A stretch of 64,000 nucleotides of DNA from NCBI GenBank assembly GCA_030446305.1, contig JASUSA010000007.1, forward strand, positions 1,538 through 65,537, written 5' to 3'. Both the position numbers and the translations under genes were made by a program. Below the pieces are notes generated by a model. That model ran no database searches and had not been told where the DNA came from. It saw only the letters and a program-made list of their open reading frames with translations. How positions within the stretch are numbered: position 1 is the stretch's first letter; each line of letters begins with the position of its first letter. Source of the stretch: Clostridiales bacterium (GTDB lineage: Bacteria; Bacillota; Clostridia; Peptostreptococcales; Acidaminobacteraceae). Positions 1 to 9,477 of this stretch are shown here, piece after piece.

Positions 1-1
1 A

Positions 2-961
2 CTGGCACAATCCCATCAGCTCAAAACGTTATTTGAAAGCGCAATGGGCCCTGCTTCACCTGAACTCACGGCAATTTACAACCAACATACAATCGTCGTC
101 AGCTCAACCGGCAACCTCGGTCTCAGCATCGGCCTCATTGGCAAAAGTATTGGGTTTAATGTCGAAGTCCATATGTCTGTCGATGCCAAAGACTGGAAAG
201 TTGAGCGCTTAAAGACAATTGGCGCAAATGTCGTTCAGCATGCCGGTGATTATTCCGAAGCCGTCAAACTTGGACGTTCTAGCGCATCCGGCAGACCCAA
301 CACTTATTTTATCGATGATGAAGATTCAGTTGACCTCTTTTTAGGCTACAGCATTGCAGCCCTCGAACTTAAATCTCAGCTCAGCGCATTGGGGCACATA
401 ATTAATTCCGATCATCCGCTCTTTGTCTATTTACCTTGCGGCGTAGGTGGCGCACCAAGCGGCATCGCCTTTGCCCTCAAAGCTATTTTCGGTGAAAACG
501 TTCATCTCTTTACCGCCGAACCAACGCACGCTCCTTGCATGCTCTTAGGACTCAGTACCGGTCTCTGGCATAACATCACCGTTTCTGAAATAGGGATTGA
601 CGGCCAGACGTTGGCAGATGGTCTTGCCGTGGGAAGGCCATCCGAGCTCGCTTCTAAAGTGCTTTCACAAGTTCTGAGTGGCGCATACACAGTCTCCGAC
701 GAAAAGCTTTTGCGCATGCTCTACCTCATGCATGAATCCGAGGGCATTGACTTAGAACCTTCAGCGCTAGCAGGGCTAATCGGCCCCGCAAAACTTTACT
801 ATGAAACAGCCGGTTTCAATTATTTAAAAGCACACGATCTCCTTGAAGTTGCTGAACAGGCAATTCATGTATCATGGGCCGCCGGCGGCAGCATGGTGCC
901 TGACAATGTTATGGCACAGGATATTAAGCGAGGCCAAGACAGTTCATTAAACACTTTTTAG
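2..961 (+). CDS. dsdA: D-serine ammonia-lyase (D-serine dehydratase), 5' end cut by the window edge
   Basis: The frame is open from nt 2 with no stop before the first ATG at 44. The product (STGNLGLSIG, FVYLPCGVGGAPSG, AEPTHAPCMLLG, LEPSALAG, GGSMVP) matches E. coli DsdA along its length, as I recall that sequence. Confidence 0.9.
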   Translation: MAQSHQLKTLFESAMGPASPELTAIYNQHTIVVSSTGNLGLSIGLIGKSIGFNVEVHMSVDAKDWKVERLKTIGANVVQHAGDYSEAVKLGRSSASGRPNTYFIDDEDSVDLFLGYSIAALELKSQLSALGHIINSDHPLFVYLPCGVGGAPSGIAFALKAIFGENVHLFTAEPTHAPCMLLGLSTGLWHNITVSEIGIDGQTLADGLAVGRPSELASKVLSQVLSGAYTVSDEKLLRMLYLMHESEGIDLEPSALAGLIGPAKLYYETAGFNYLKAHDLLEVAEQAIHVSWAAGGSMVPDNVMAQDIKRGQDSSLNTF

Positions 962-1003
962 AAGATTAAAGCGGGGTGCTATTTAAATTTGGAGGACACA
1001 ATC

Positions 1004-1252
1004 ATGATGAACACATTATTGAATCTATTATTTGGCTGGAAAGAACTCGCCGTTACAACAAATGAGCAAGTATACTATAAAATCAAGGATCAATTGGCGG
1101 CTAACCATATAAAACATCAAACCAATATTGTAGATCCGCAATCTATGAATGGAAAAAGAGGTACCCAGCTTGGTCATCATCATCAAAAGATGTATTATAT
1201 TTATGTCAAGAAAGCCGCCTATGATGCCGCCGTACACTTCATTCATCAATAA
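1004..1252 (+). CDS. Hypothetical small protein (82 aa)
   Basis: GGAGG lies about 8 nt upstream of ATG 1004 (the ORF track starts at TTG 989). No motif recognised. A weak hairpin follows the stop. Confidence 0.45.
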   Translation: MMNTLLNLLFGWKELAVTTNEQVYYKIKDQLAANHIKHQTNIVDPQSMNGKRGTQLGHHHQKMYYIYVKKAAYDAAVHFIHQ

Positions 1253-1312
1253 TCATTTAAGTCACAACCATAAAGTGGCCTTCGTCTGCAAGGCTTTACA
1301 AGGAGAATAATT

Positions 1313-1480
1313 ATGCGGTTTGCACCTCTCAAAATTATTGCAATCACATTTATCGGCAACCTGCTCTTAAAGCTGTTCGCATTGGGCTTTGATTTGTATA
1401 CACAATTTACAAATACGCCAGCGCCCTTTAAATACATAACCTCAGCGATTATCTTATTCGTCTATACCCAGCAATATTGA
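1313..1480 (+). CDS. Hypothetical small hydrophobic protein (55 aa, below the ORF-track cut-off)
   Basis: AAGGAG lies 7 nt upstream of ATG 1313. The translation MRFAPLKIIAITFIGNLLLKLFALGF...ITSAIILFVYTQQY has two hydrophobic segments. It is read from the sequence and is not in the supplied track. Confidence 0.4.
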   Translation: MRFAPLKIIAITFIGNLLLKLFALGFDLYTQFTNTPAPFKYITSAIILFVYTQQY

Positions 1481-1516
1481 CGCCCGATCTGCATGACATG
1501 ACAAAGGAGTGCCTCA

Positions 1517-1721
1517 ATGAAACCAAAGGTCATTGCCATTTCAGCCGTCTCCGGCTGTGGGAAAACATCAGCCGTCAACGAACTGGTTCCAAATTCAAAA
1601 GCATTGTATTTTGATGATTTCGATTTTGAAACACCCAATAATCTTTATTCAATGGATTGAAGATGGCGCTGATTATAATTTGTGGCACTTGGAACCGATG
1701 ATGGATGGCGTAATTTATTAG
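1517..1721 (+). pseudogene. Frameshifted and truncated P-loop NTPase/kinase remnant
   Basis: AAAGGAG RBS, then MKPKVIAISAVSGCGKTS (Walker A), with a stop at 1658-1660 after 47 codons. The natural continuation (IQWIEDGADYNLWHLEP...) sits in another frame (ORF 1533..1721) and ends at 1721. Both parts together are far shorter than a normal P-loop kinase. Confidence 0.5.
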
Positions 1722-1758
1722 CACCCTCGTTGCTCAAACATATTTGGAGGCAAATACT

Positions 1759-2370
1759 ATGATAAAAAAAGTTTTCCGGCATGCACCACTATACCAGTTT
1801 TTATACTATTGCGATCTTGAAAAGACCGTTGAGGCACCAACAATACTCGACTGTGGTGCAGGTGGTGCAACACCGCCGCTGACACTGTTTCATTCACACG
1901 GTTATCAAACGTACGGCATTGAATTCAATCTTAAACAGATCGAAAAAGCAAATGCCTTTGCAGGTGATCTTTCATTAAATATCATGCAAGGCGACATGAG
2001 AAAGCTCAGTTTTAACGATAACAGTTTTGATTTCGTCTATTCCTATAATTCAATTTTTCATATGAAAAAGACCGATATTGCAAAGTCGCTGGCAGAAATG
2101 AAACGCGTTTTAAAACCCGGCGGGCTGATATTTGTCAACTTCTTGTCCACTGACGATTTTAGATGCGGTGAAGGAACAGATCTGGGCAGCCATCAGTACG
2201 AGCAAATGGATGATGAACCCGTTATTCATGCTTATTTCGATGACAATGAGGCCGATCAATACCTTGGTGATATGACTTTCGTCTTAAAAGAGCGCCGAAT
2301 CATTGAACGCATATTTGAAGGCGAGCGTATTCGTCAAGGCTTTATCGACTATATTATGAGAAAAAGTTGA
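1759..2370 (+). CDS. Class I SAM-dependent methyltransferase
   Basis: Motif I LDCGAGGATP and post-I/II motifs (FDFVYSYNSIFH, VLKPGGLIFVNF). GGAGG precedes ATG 1759 (the track starts at TTG 1744). Confidence 0.8.
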   Translation: MIKKVFRHAPLYQFLYYCDLEKTVEAPTILDCGAGGATPPLTLFHSHGYQTYGIEFNLKQIEKANAFAGDLSLNIMQGDMRKLSFNDNSFDFVYSYNSIFHMKKTDIAKSLAEMKRVLKPGGLIFVNFLSTDDFRCGEGTDLGSHQYEQMDDEPVIHAYFDDNEADQYLGDMTFVLKERRIIERIFEGERIRQGFIDYIMRKS

Positions 2371-2401
2371 CCGTTTCACCAAAGAAAGGCGCTCAGGCTT
2401 T

Positions 2402-2707
2402 ATGATCAAAAAATGTTTAAAAAGTTTTACGTTCTACTTTATGCTGCTTAGCATTTTGCTTATTTACGCTGAACTAACCGGTGGAGATCCCAAGCATATT
2501 GTCCTCATCCATTTCAATGTTATTTTAAAGTACCTATATCGACTTGATTGGTTTCGTTCATTGATGGCCACTGGCTATGCCGTTAAAAGCAATACCTTGA
2601 TTGGTGAAACATCCATCTATTTATACATTGCGCATTTTTTGACGTTTATCCTTTATGGCCTCTGCTTTGATGGTCTAAAAAATCTTTTTGTTAAACTTAG
2701 CCGCTAA
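2402..2707 (+). CDS. Hypothetical membrane protein (101 aa)
   Basis: Two to three hydrophobic helices (FTFYFMLLSILLIYA, IYLYIAHFLTFILYGLCF). No family recognised. Confidence 0.5.
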   Translation: MIKKCLKSFTFYFMLLSILLIYAELTGGDPKHIVLIHFNVILKYLYRLDWFRSLMATGYAVKSNTLIGETSIYLYIAHFLTFILYGLCFDGLKNLFVKLSR

Positions 2708-2801
2708 TGCTTGTCGTCTTTAAATGATCTTGTTATATTTAAGAAGCAGAAACGCCTGATGAACATTACCAACCATTTTACAGAAATAAGAGGCATCATC
2801 A

Positions 2802-3506
2802 TTGACTGAAATAAGAGATATTATTTACCTTAATTACGATAAAAAGAGCAAGAAACTCATTTCATACGGCATTGAATTTTATGAATTCATCGAGTCACTT
2901 TCCGTACTGCCTGAGCATTTGCTGATACTCGAAGGTGGTTTTGGCACTCATTTTAACACGACGACACTCAGTGAGTATTGCAGCAAAGATGACATTGAAG
3001 ATTTAAAAAAGGAAGATATCTATAGCTATGGCAATTTTTCATGGATCGACTTTGATACTGTTCAGGGTCTCGAAAGTCTATCGCCTCAGGAAGTCGCGGA
3101 GATATTTTATGTCTCAAAAATGTGGCAGCCGCTGAACTGCACCTATTTTGAGCCTTTAAATAATCGCTTTATCTACAATGCACACGACGACGGATGGATT
3201 AACCATGTCTATTACAACAATATAACCGATTTGAAAGAAATGATTGAAACTGTCATTCGATCAAAGCTCAAACGAATCTGTCACAGAACTTCAAAATCAC
3301 TCTCACAAAACATCATTGACGAGCTCGTCAGCTTCGCACAAGAAGGCTTTGCCATTGACTTTAAAAAAGTTATTTTTAAGGACGATTCGATCATGCTCCC
3401 CCTCGAGCTGATCGGCAAGCATTTGGACATGGATGAAGTTTACACAATTGTCAATGAAACAGATCTGTCACAAAAGACGGTAATCATGATGACCCTTCCA
3501 GAATAG
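2802..3506 (+). CDS. Hypothetical cytoplasmic protein (234 aa)
   Basis: Long clean ORF with AAGAGG 8 nt upstream of a TTG start. No motif recognised. Confidence 0.6.
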   Translation: MTEIRDIIYLNYDKKSKKLISYGIEFYEFIESLSVLPEHLLILEGGFGTHFNTTTLSEYCSKDDIEDLKKEDIYSYGNFSWIDFDTVQGLESLSPQEVAEIFYVSKMWQPLNCTYFEPLNNRFIYNAHDDGWINHVYYNNITDLKEMIETVIRSKLKRICHRTSKSLSQNIIDELVSFAQEGFAIDFKKVIFKDDSIMLPLELIGKHLDMDEVYTIVNETDLSQKTVIMMTLPE

Positions 3507-3753
3507 CCTGCTCGTGTAAGTGCCACAGCTTATCACATAAATATGACAATTGTATCATTGCTTTTAGTTGATTTTTCACGATACGCGATATAGGTTGAGT
3601 TTTCGTATGATGAAAATAGCCCCTATTGTCGTGAAGGGATAAAATTTGAATGATGCAATTTCCCCAAATACTGATGGGCTTCCGGCTTCTATACAAATGA
3701 GGAAATTAAAGCTTACAAAATTTGAGAAAATGAGTATGTAAAGGAGTATGCGT

Positions 3754-4143
3754 ATGAACATGAAAAGGGTAACCGGCATTGGTGGCATTTTCTTTAAGGC
3801 GCAAGATCCCAGCAAAATGAATGACTGGTATAAAACACATTTGGGCCTTGATACAACGGAATACGGCGTGAGTTTTGAATGGCTTGAAAAATCTGATCCG
3901 AGCAAGACGGGAACGACGCAATGGAGCACATTCTCAGACACAACAGACTATTTTCAGCCTTCTTCAAAAGATTTTATGATTAACTACCGCGTTGAAAATC
4001 TGGAAGCCCTCGTTGAGGCATTAAAAGCCGAGGGCGTCGAAGTCCTGGATCAAATCGAAACCTACGATTTTGGAAAATTTGTACACATCCTCGACCTAGA
4101 AGGCAATAAAATTGAACTTTGGGAACCTACGGATGCGTCTTAA
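3754..4143 (+). CDS. VOC/glyoxalase-family protein
   Basis: GIGGIFFKAQDP...W...FGKFVHILDLEGNKIELWEP is typical of the glyoxalase/bleomycin-resistance fold. AAGGAG lies 7 nt before ATG 3754. Confidence 0.75.
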   Translation: MNMKRVTGIGGIFFKAQDPSKMNDWYKTHLGLDTTEYGVSFEWLEKSDPSKTGTTQWSTFSDTTDYFQPSSKDFMINYRVENLEALVEALKAEGVEVLDQIETYDFGKFVHILDLEGNKIELWEPTDAS

Positions 4144-4609
4144 ACCGAATTATATCGCTTTGATGCTCGTCATCGTCCTTGCCGTTGCCGTACCGCTTTA
4201 CAGGCATATTGAAACACATCCATTGGGCTATACAGCACCATTGGCTGGCAATGATGCATTTGATTTAGAAGCTTACATCGTATCAGAAAACATGCCCAAT
4301 ACGAGTATTTATAGCTACCGTGTCGATCAGAAGTTTCACAGCATCGATGATATTATCGTCTATTTAAGGGCCTATGAAGATACCGATGGGCGTCATTTTA
4401 ATAAACGCTTATATGATTTGGGCAGTTATAAAGATCAAGACGGTGATGTCGACTGGGAAGCCGTTAAAGAGGCTGTTACCGTCACGCATCGTTATTGGAA
4501 TCGCGTTTATACCATAACATACAGGGCTTCTTTCCCTGAGAGCAATCAATGCCATATTGATATAACAGCAGACGGCTATATTTTAGACTATCGCTCTGCG
4601 GGGTTTTAA
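4133..4609 (+). CDS. Hypothetical membrane-anchored protein
   Basis: N-terminal anchor YIALMLVIVLAVAVPLY followed by a soluble domain. ATG 4133 overlaps the VOC stop; the alternative TTG at 4112 is also possible. Confidence 0.55.
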   Translation: MRLKPNYIALMLVIVLAVAVPLYRHIETHPLGYTAPLAGNDAFDLEAYIVSENMPNTSIYSYRVDQKFHSIDDIIVYLRAYEDTDGRHFNKRLYDLGSYKDQDGDVDWEAVKEAVTVTHRYWNRVYTITYRASFPESNQCHIDITADGYILDYRSAGF

Positions 4610-4747
4610 TTCCTTGTGCCAAATGCACCCTGTGCCTTCAGACGATTATGCAATCAACAAATAGCAAGGGCCGCTCTCAGCCGTTTCGTATTGCTTCCAC
4701 GGTACTGATGGCGGCCTTATAAAAAGCCATGAGAATTGAGGTAAAAC

Positions 4748-5422
4748 ATGCATTATTACATTGATTTTGAAGCCATCACAATGGATCAGTTTAAAGTCAT
4801 GCTCAAAAACGGCGAACAAATCCCGAGCTGGCAAATCCTAAACGATGATATGGACGCGCGATTTGAATGCCTTAAGCAAAACGGCATCGACAATTTAGCG
4901 GTATGCCTTAATTCATTCAAACGCAAAAGTGATATAACGGCATTTTCCGAAAAGAGCGGCCTCCCTGAAAAATACCTGGAGGTTTTGAGGCGCGTCGTCA
5001 ATGGCTACAAGCAAAAACCCAATAAACTCGATGACTTCGGCATGGTATCGAATGCGGTAGTGGACAAACTTAAAAAAATTGGCATCAACGATACATACAA
5101 GCTTTACAATGCCGTATTAACCATTGAACAAAGGGCTGAACTCGTCCGTCAAATCGATATTCCACCGACTGATCTATTAATGCTAACAAAGCTCGCGGAC
5201 TTATCTCGAATCAGATGGGTTAACCATACTTTTGCATGTGTCCTTTACAAAATCGGCTATGATACTGCAGAAAAAATTGCGGCTTCAGATGCGCAAATAC
5301 TTTATGAAACCGTTAAACAATACAATGATGCCAATGCTGTCTATAAAGCGCATATCAGTGTCCGCGATATGAAAATGTGCATTGATTCGGCAAAGTTACT
5401 GACCTTTGAAATCGAATATTAA
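4748..5422 (+). CDS. Hypothetical protein, probably DUF4332-type (helix-hairpin-helix-like C-terminal half)
   Basis: GAGGT RBS. The C-terminal part (LTKLADLSRIRWVNHTFACVLYKIGYDTAEKIAASD) resembles DUF4332 proteins as I remember them. Not verified. Confidence 0.55.
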   Translation: MHYYIDFEAITMDQFKVMLKNGEQIPSWQILNDDMDARFECLKQNGIDNLAVCLNSFKRKSDITAFSEKSGLPEKYLEVLRRVVNGYKQKPNKLDDFGMVSNAVVDKLKKIGINDTYKLYNAVLTIEQRAELVRQIDIPPTDLLMLTKLADLSRIRWVNHTFACVLYKIGYDTAEKIAASDAQILYETVKQYNDANAVYKAHISVRDMKMCIDSAKLLTFEIEY

Positions 5423-5514
5423 AACATATTAAAAGCCGCGAAGCCATTCGTGACGCAATGATTTCAGAACCCTGCATTCCAAAATGGTCGCACAATTCCC
5501 AGAGATATCAAGCA

Positions 5515-6402
5515 TTATTGATAGATTCGTTCAAACTCGCTGCAAATATACTTTTGTATTTGCGCGACGAGCTGTCCATATTTCATATGGCGTTTCGTGA
5601 TCAATACGACTCTGCAAATAATATCGAATTTCATGGGAACAAGCTGATACTGCGGCTCTTTATCCGTCATCGCCTTTGCGATAAAGTCCGGCAATATCAA
5701 AATACCCCCTTTGTGCAGAATCATCCTCTTAACATAGTCGGCATTAGAGGATGAGAAGACGTGTTTCTTCCCCACTTGCTTCAAATCATTTGCATGGATA
5801 ATCTGAAGAATATCCCCCGCCGTTATAATCGTCTCATTTAAAAAAGCCTTTAACGTCAGCCGCTTCGGTGCATTCTGACTGGACATCAATCCCACAAGCC
5901 GACAGGATGTCAATTCTGTCACGTGGTAATCACTCAGCATTTCTTCTGACTGCTGCGGCAGCAGCAAGATGGCAATGTCTATTTCTTTCAGATAATTCAG
6001 ATTGGGCGCCGCGAGTTTATCACTCTCATAATAATCAATGGGCATCCCAGGGTTTACTTCACAAAATTCAGCGATGATATTGCCAAAACATGCATTGCCT
6101 AAAAACGGCGATACCGCAATTTTGATTGGATGTGCCACTTTTGTGCGCGTCATTTCAATACGCGACTTAATGTTGTTAAAGCTATTGATGATGTCCATGG
6201 CATCTTCAAGAAGGATCTCACCCTCTTTCGTCAATTCAAAATTGGCATAGTCACGGATAAACAATTTGGAATTCAGTTCGGTTTCCAGTTGTCTGATTGA
6301 TTTGCTAAGCGCCGGCTGAGAAACAAAGCAGTTAGCAGCCGCCCGTGTAAAACTCTTTTCTTTTGCAACTTCAACAAAGTAAGTAAGCTGTTTAATATCC
6401 AA
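5515..6402 (-). CDS. LysR-family transcriptional regulator
   Basis: N-terminal wHTH MDIKQLTYFVEVAKEKSFTRAAANCFVSQPALSKSIRQLE plus a substrate-binding-type C-terminal domain. TTG start. Confidence 0.9.
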   Translation of the reverse strand: MDIKQLTYFVEVAKEKSFTRAAANCFVSQPALSKSIRQLETELNSKLFIRDYANFELTKEGEILLEDAMDIINSFNNIKSRIEMTRTKVAHPIKIAVSPFLGNACFGNIIAEFCEVNPGMPIDYYESDKLAAPNLNYLKEIDIAILLLPQQSEEMLSDYHVTELTSCRLVGLMSSQNAPKRLTLKAFLNETIITAGDILQIIHANDLKQVGKKHVFSSSNADYVKRMILHKGGILILPDFIAKAMTDKEPQYQLVPMKFDIICRVVLITKRHMKYGQLVAQIQKYICSEFERIYQ

Positions 6403-6418
6403 GCAATCACAACCTTTT

Positions 6419-7138
6419 CTATTCAGATCCAGCGATTGTTGCCTCTCTCACCATTAGTGCGATATTTTCTGCAAACCTTCTGATGACCTCATCATGAATA
6501 TCTTCGCCAATTTCCATGCGATGATAATTTAGAAAGCTGAGACTTCGCATCATGCCTGCGACGACCTCAGTCTTAATTGGGCAAATCAGATGGTTGGCTG
6601 AAATCCAGCTGTCAATAATACGGCAGAGTTTCTCGCTGCTCAGTCGTTTAAATTCACGTAATCGTTCATGGCCTGCCTGATCAAAAATAGCGGATACTGT
6701 AGAAGGATCATAGGCCTTTGATAAAATGGGGTGCTCCAGCAAATGATGCCTGTTTTCAAAAATGTATGCCAGCAACAAATCCGCTAATTTACCCTTTTTG
6801 TACAGGAACAGTTTTTCCATCCTTTCATTCAGTATCTTCCATTCACGTTCATACAAATCGAGAAAAAAAGCACCCTTTGACCCGTAAAACAGATAAAATG
6901 TCCCTTTTCCAACAGCCGCCTCTCTGGTAATGTCCTCAATCGTCGTCTTGCTGACGCCATATTGAGTAAATAACTGCATCCCCGCATCAAGGAGCTTTCC
7001 TTGAATCATCTCTTTCTCATCCGGTGTGAAGTGTCTCGGCACTTGCATCATCCCCTTATAGATTAATTTTGGCTGCGTCTTTTGGCGCAGCTCTTTAATG
7101 CTCTTTTTTATACCCGGCATCTCACTCGCCAGATTCAT
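6419..7138 (-). CDS. TetR/AcrR-family transcriptional regulator
   Basis: HTH region GVSKTTIEDITREAAVGKGTFYLFYGSK. The true start may be the internal ATG at 7051 (AAGGGG RBS). Divergent from the symporter operon. Confidence 0.85.
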   Translation of the reverse strand: MNLASEMPGIKKSIKELRQKTQPKLIYKGMMQVPRHFTPDEKEMIQGKLLDAGMQLFTQYGVSKTTIEDITREAAVGKGTFYLFYGSKGAFFLDLYEREWKILNERMEKLFLYKKGKLADLLLAYIFENRHHLLEHPILSKAYDPSTVSAIFDQAGHERLREFKRLSSEKLCRIIDSWISANHLICPIKTEVVAGMMRSLSFLNYHRMEIGEDIHDEVIRRFAENIALMVREATIAGSE

Positions 7139-7458
7139 TAAGCTTTTTTTCAGTATATCAAAGCTTATGCAAAAGTCAATGACCGAATTTCAATTATAGC
7201 CATTGGTTATATGTTATGAATTATATGTATTTCACAAGACAACGGCATCATTATATACTCGCATTAAGCATTTGTTCAAAAAACAGTACATGGATTTGTT
7301 GCAACGACTGTCTTGAATGTACGAATATACTTTTCTCGACTTTTGGTTGATGACGGGCGCGCTAACATTGAGCAATCTGCGAAAAAGCAATCCTTAAATC
7401 CTTATTTGTACAAAATGCTTTGTAAGAGATCCAACAATTTAATTTTGGGAGGGTTAGT

Positions 7459-7926
7459 ATGAATGAATCTTCAAACAATAACGGTGTACTTGTCGTCATC
7501 ACGGGGATTCTATGGGTCGTCGTCACTTTGATGGCTTGGTTTGGCTACTGGTTTCAAGGTATTTTTGTTTCATTTGTCATGATGCTGCTCTATTTAATCG
7601 CCGGGGCGAAACTTCACGGAAAACTGGACAAAACCTTTTTGATCTACCCTATTTTCTCGTGGTTTGTCCTTTGGATGGTTAGCTTCTGGCTCGTTGGTCA
7701 CTATTCAGATATGTTCAGAGGCAATGCACCGACGTTTACGATTTTAGGCTTTCATCCGTCTTTCGCATGGGTTTTTATTGCCTGGGTCGGCTCTGTTTTA
7801 ACATTAACCCTCGGCTTCTATTTATTAAGAGATAAATGGCTGCCGCAGGAAGACTGGGATGCTTATCAAGCCAAGATTCAGCAATTAAACAGCGAACGCA
7901 ACAAAGGGGGTAAATCATATGAGTAG
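7459..7926 (+). CDS. Small integral membrane protein coupled to the symporter
   Basis: GGGAGGG RBS and four predicted TM helices. Its stop overlaps the next start by 8 nt (7919-7926), which suggests an accessory subunit. Confidence 0.65.
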   Translation: MNESSNNNGVLVVITGILWVVVTLMAWFGYWFQGIFVSFVMMLLYLIAGAKLHGKLDKTFLIYPIFSWFVLWMVSFWLVGHYSDMFRGNAPTFTILGFHPSFAWVFIAWVGSVLTLTLGFYLLRDKWLPQEDWDAYQAKIQQLNSERNKGGKSYE

Positions 7927-9433
7927 TGGCGCAAGAATAGCCATCGCACTGGCTGCATTTGGAATCGTCATCGTTTCACTTTTAATTGGCTGGTGGTCAA
8001 AGAAAAAAATGAGCAGTGCAGAATCCTTTTTTGGAAGCACCGCCCTTTTCGGCCCTGTTTCTGTAGGACTTGCGACAATGGCCGCAGCCGCAAGCGTCTT
8101 TGCCGTTATGGGCGTTCCTGGCAACTTCTACGTATTGGGCAATACCATCAACCTATGGATATTATCTTCCGGCGGCTTTGCCATGAGTTATATTATTTTA
8201 GGCAAGAAGATGCGCGCGATGGCAGAACTCGGCCCTATCTCCACACTTGGCGACGTGGCGGCACTTCGCTTTGAAAACCACAGAGGAATCAAGCTCATTT
8301 TCGCGATTTTAATTTTCCTTGCCAGCATTGCCTATCTCTCTTCTCAGATCAAAGGCGTAACCGTATTATTTGGCTATTTGCTCGGCTGGTCGCCACTGAC
8401 TTCTGCACTGATTATCTTTGGTATTCTCATCGTCTATACGGCGATCAGCGGTGATGTTGGCGGTCTTATGACACAGGCATTCCAAGGCTTTGTCATGGTT
8501 GTCGCAGGCGTTATTTTAATCATTTCATTTTATATGATTACCGGCGGCATGGACAAAGCCGTCATGACGATCGCTGCAACAGCTTCTGTTACAGGAGCAG
8601 GGATGACCAAAACACTTTCTCCGAATATGCTGGATGGCTGGGGCGTCGCGACAAATGGCACAACCATGGCCTTTGTCATTATGCCAATGATCGGTTTACT
8701 GGGCCAGCCTGCCATTCTTTCGAGAATGTATGCACTAAAAGACCCGCGGGATATGCCTAAAATGGGACTTTTTGCTTCTGTTGCCCATTTATTTGTCTCA
8801 TTTCTGGCCGTCGTTGCAGGCATGGGCGCGATGTACTTGGTTGCCAGCGGCAAAATTGCACCACTTGAAACAGCTGACAGCGCCATTTTGGCCTTCTCTG
8901 AGTACGTCGGCGTCATTGGACAGATCTTTACCTACGCTGCCGTCATCAGCGCTGCACTCTCAACTTCCAGTATGTTCTTAACCATGGCTTCCGGTATGAT
9001 TGCCAGAGATGTGCCGGATGCGCTGGGCATTAAACTCGATCCAAAAAAACAGGTAACCATCGGCCGTATTGCCATGGTCGTCCTCGGTATCGCCACCATA
9101 GCCTTTACACTCAAAAGCGGCTCGATGGTCGCGATGCTGACAACATTAGGCTACGGTACCTTTATCACGGCGACATTCCCTGTCTTTGTCATTGGCCTGC
9201 TCTGGAAAGGCTGCAGTAAAGAAGGCGCTTTCTCAGGTTTGCTCGTCTCTCTCGTGCTGAATATCACCTGCATGATCTTAGTCAGCAAAGGGGTGAGCTG
9301 GCCTGGCGGACTGCCATGGTACATGAATGTCATCGCCCTTTCCATTATCGTCACCATTGTCGTATCACTCTTTACCAAAGGCGCTAAAGGCGATGCACTC
9401 GACCCTCGCGTCAAAGCGGCGATGGATCTTTAA
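7919..9433 (+). CDS. Sodium:solute symporter (SSS) family transporter
   Basis: About 13 TM helices. The N-terminal pattern (WWSKKKMSSAESFFG...FAVMGVPG) and overall architecture are typical of the PutP/PanF/ActP family. Confidence 0.85.
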   Translation: MSSGARIAIALAAFGIVIVSLLIGWWSKKKMSSAESFFGSTALFGPVSVGLATMAAAASVFAVMGVPGNFYVLGNTINLWILSSGGFAMSYIILGKKMRAMAELGPISTLGDVAALRFENHRGIKLIFAILIFLASIAYLSSQIKGVTVLFGYLLGWSPLTSALIIFGILIVYTAISGDVGGLMTQAFQGFVMVVAGVILIISFYMITGGMDKAVMTIAATASVTGAGMTKTLSPNMLDGWGVATNGTTMAFVIMPMIGLLGQPAILSRMYALKDPRDMPKMGLFASVAHLFVSFLAVVAGMGAMYLVASGKIAPLETADSAILAFSEYVGVIGQIFTYAAVISAALSTSSMFLTMASGMIARDVPDALGIKLDPKKQVTIGRIAMVVLGIATIAFTLKSGSMVAMLTTLGYGTFITATFPVFVIGLLWKGCSKEGAFSGLLVSLVLNITCMILVSKGVSWPGGLPWYMNVIALSIIVTIVVSLFTKGAKGDALDPRVKAAMDL

Positions 9434-9477
9434 TCGCTGCATTTGTAATCATTTAAATAGGAGGCACAACCAAAGCA

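Noticed and set aside
3576-3941. Minus-strand ORFs of 121, 71 and 70 aa around the VOC gene
   Set aside because: They overlap the well-supported VOC gene or AT-rich intergenic DNA, and have no RBS and no motifs.
7993-9414. Internal ORFs (60-128 aa, both strands) within the symporter gene
   Set aside because: They are embedded in a continuous 504-aa transporter frame with no independent signals.
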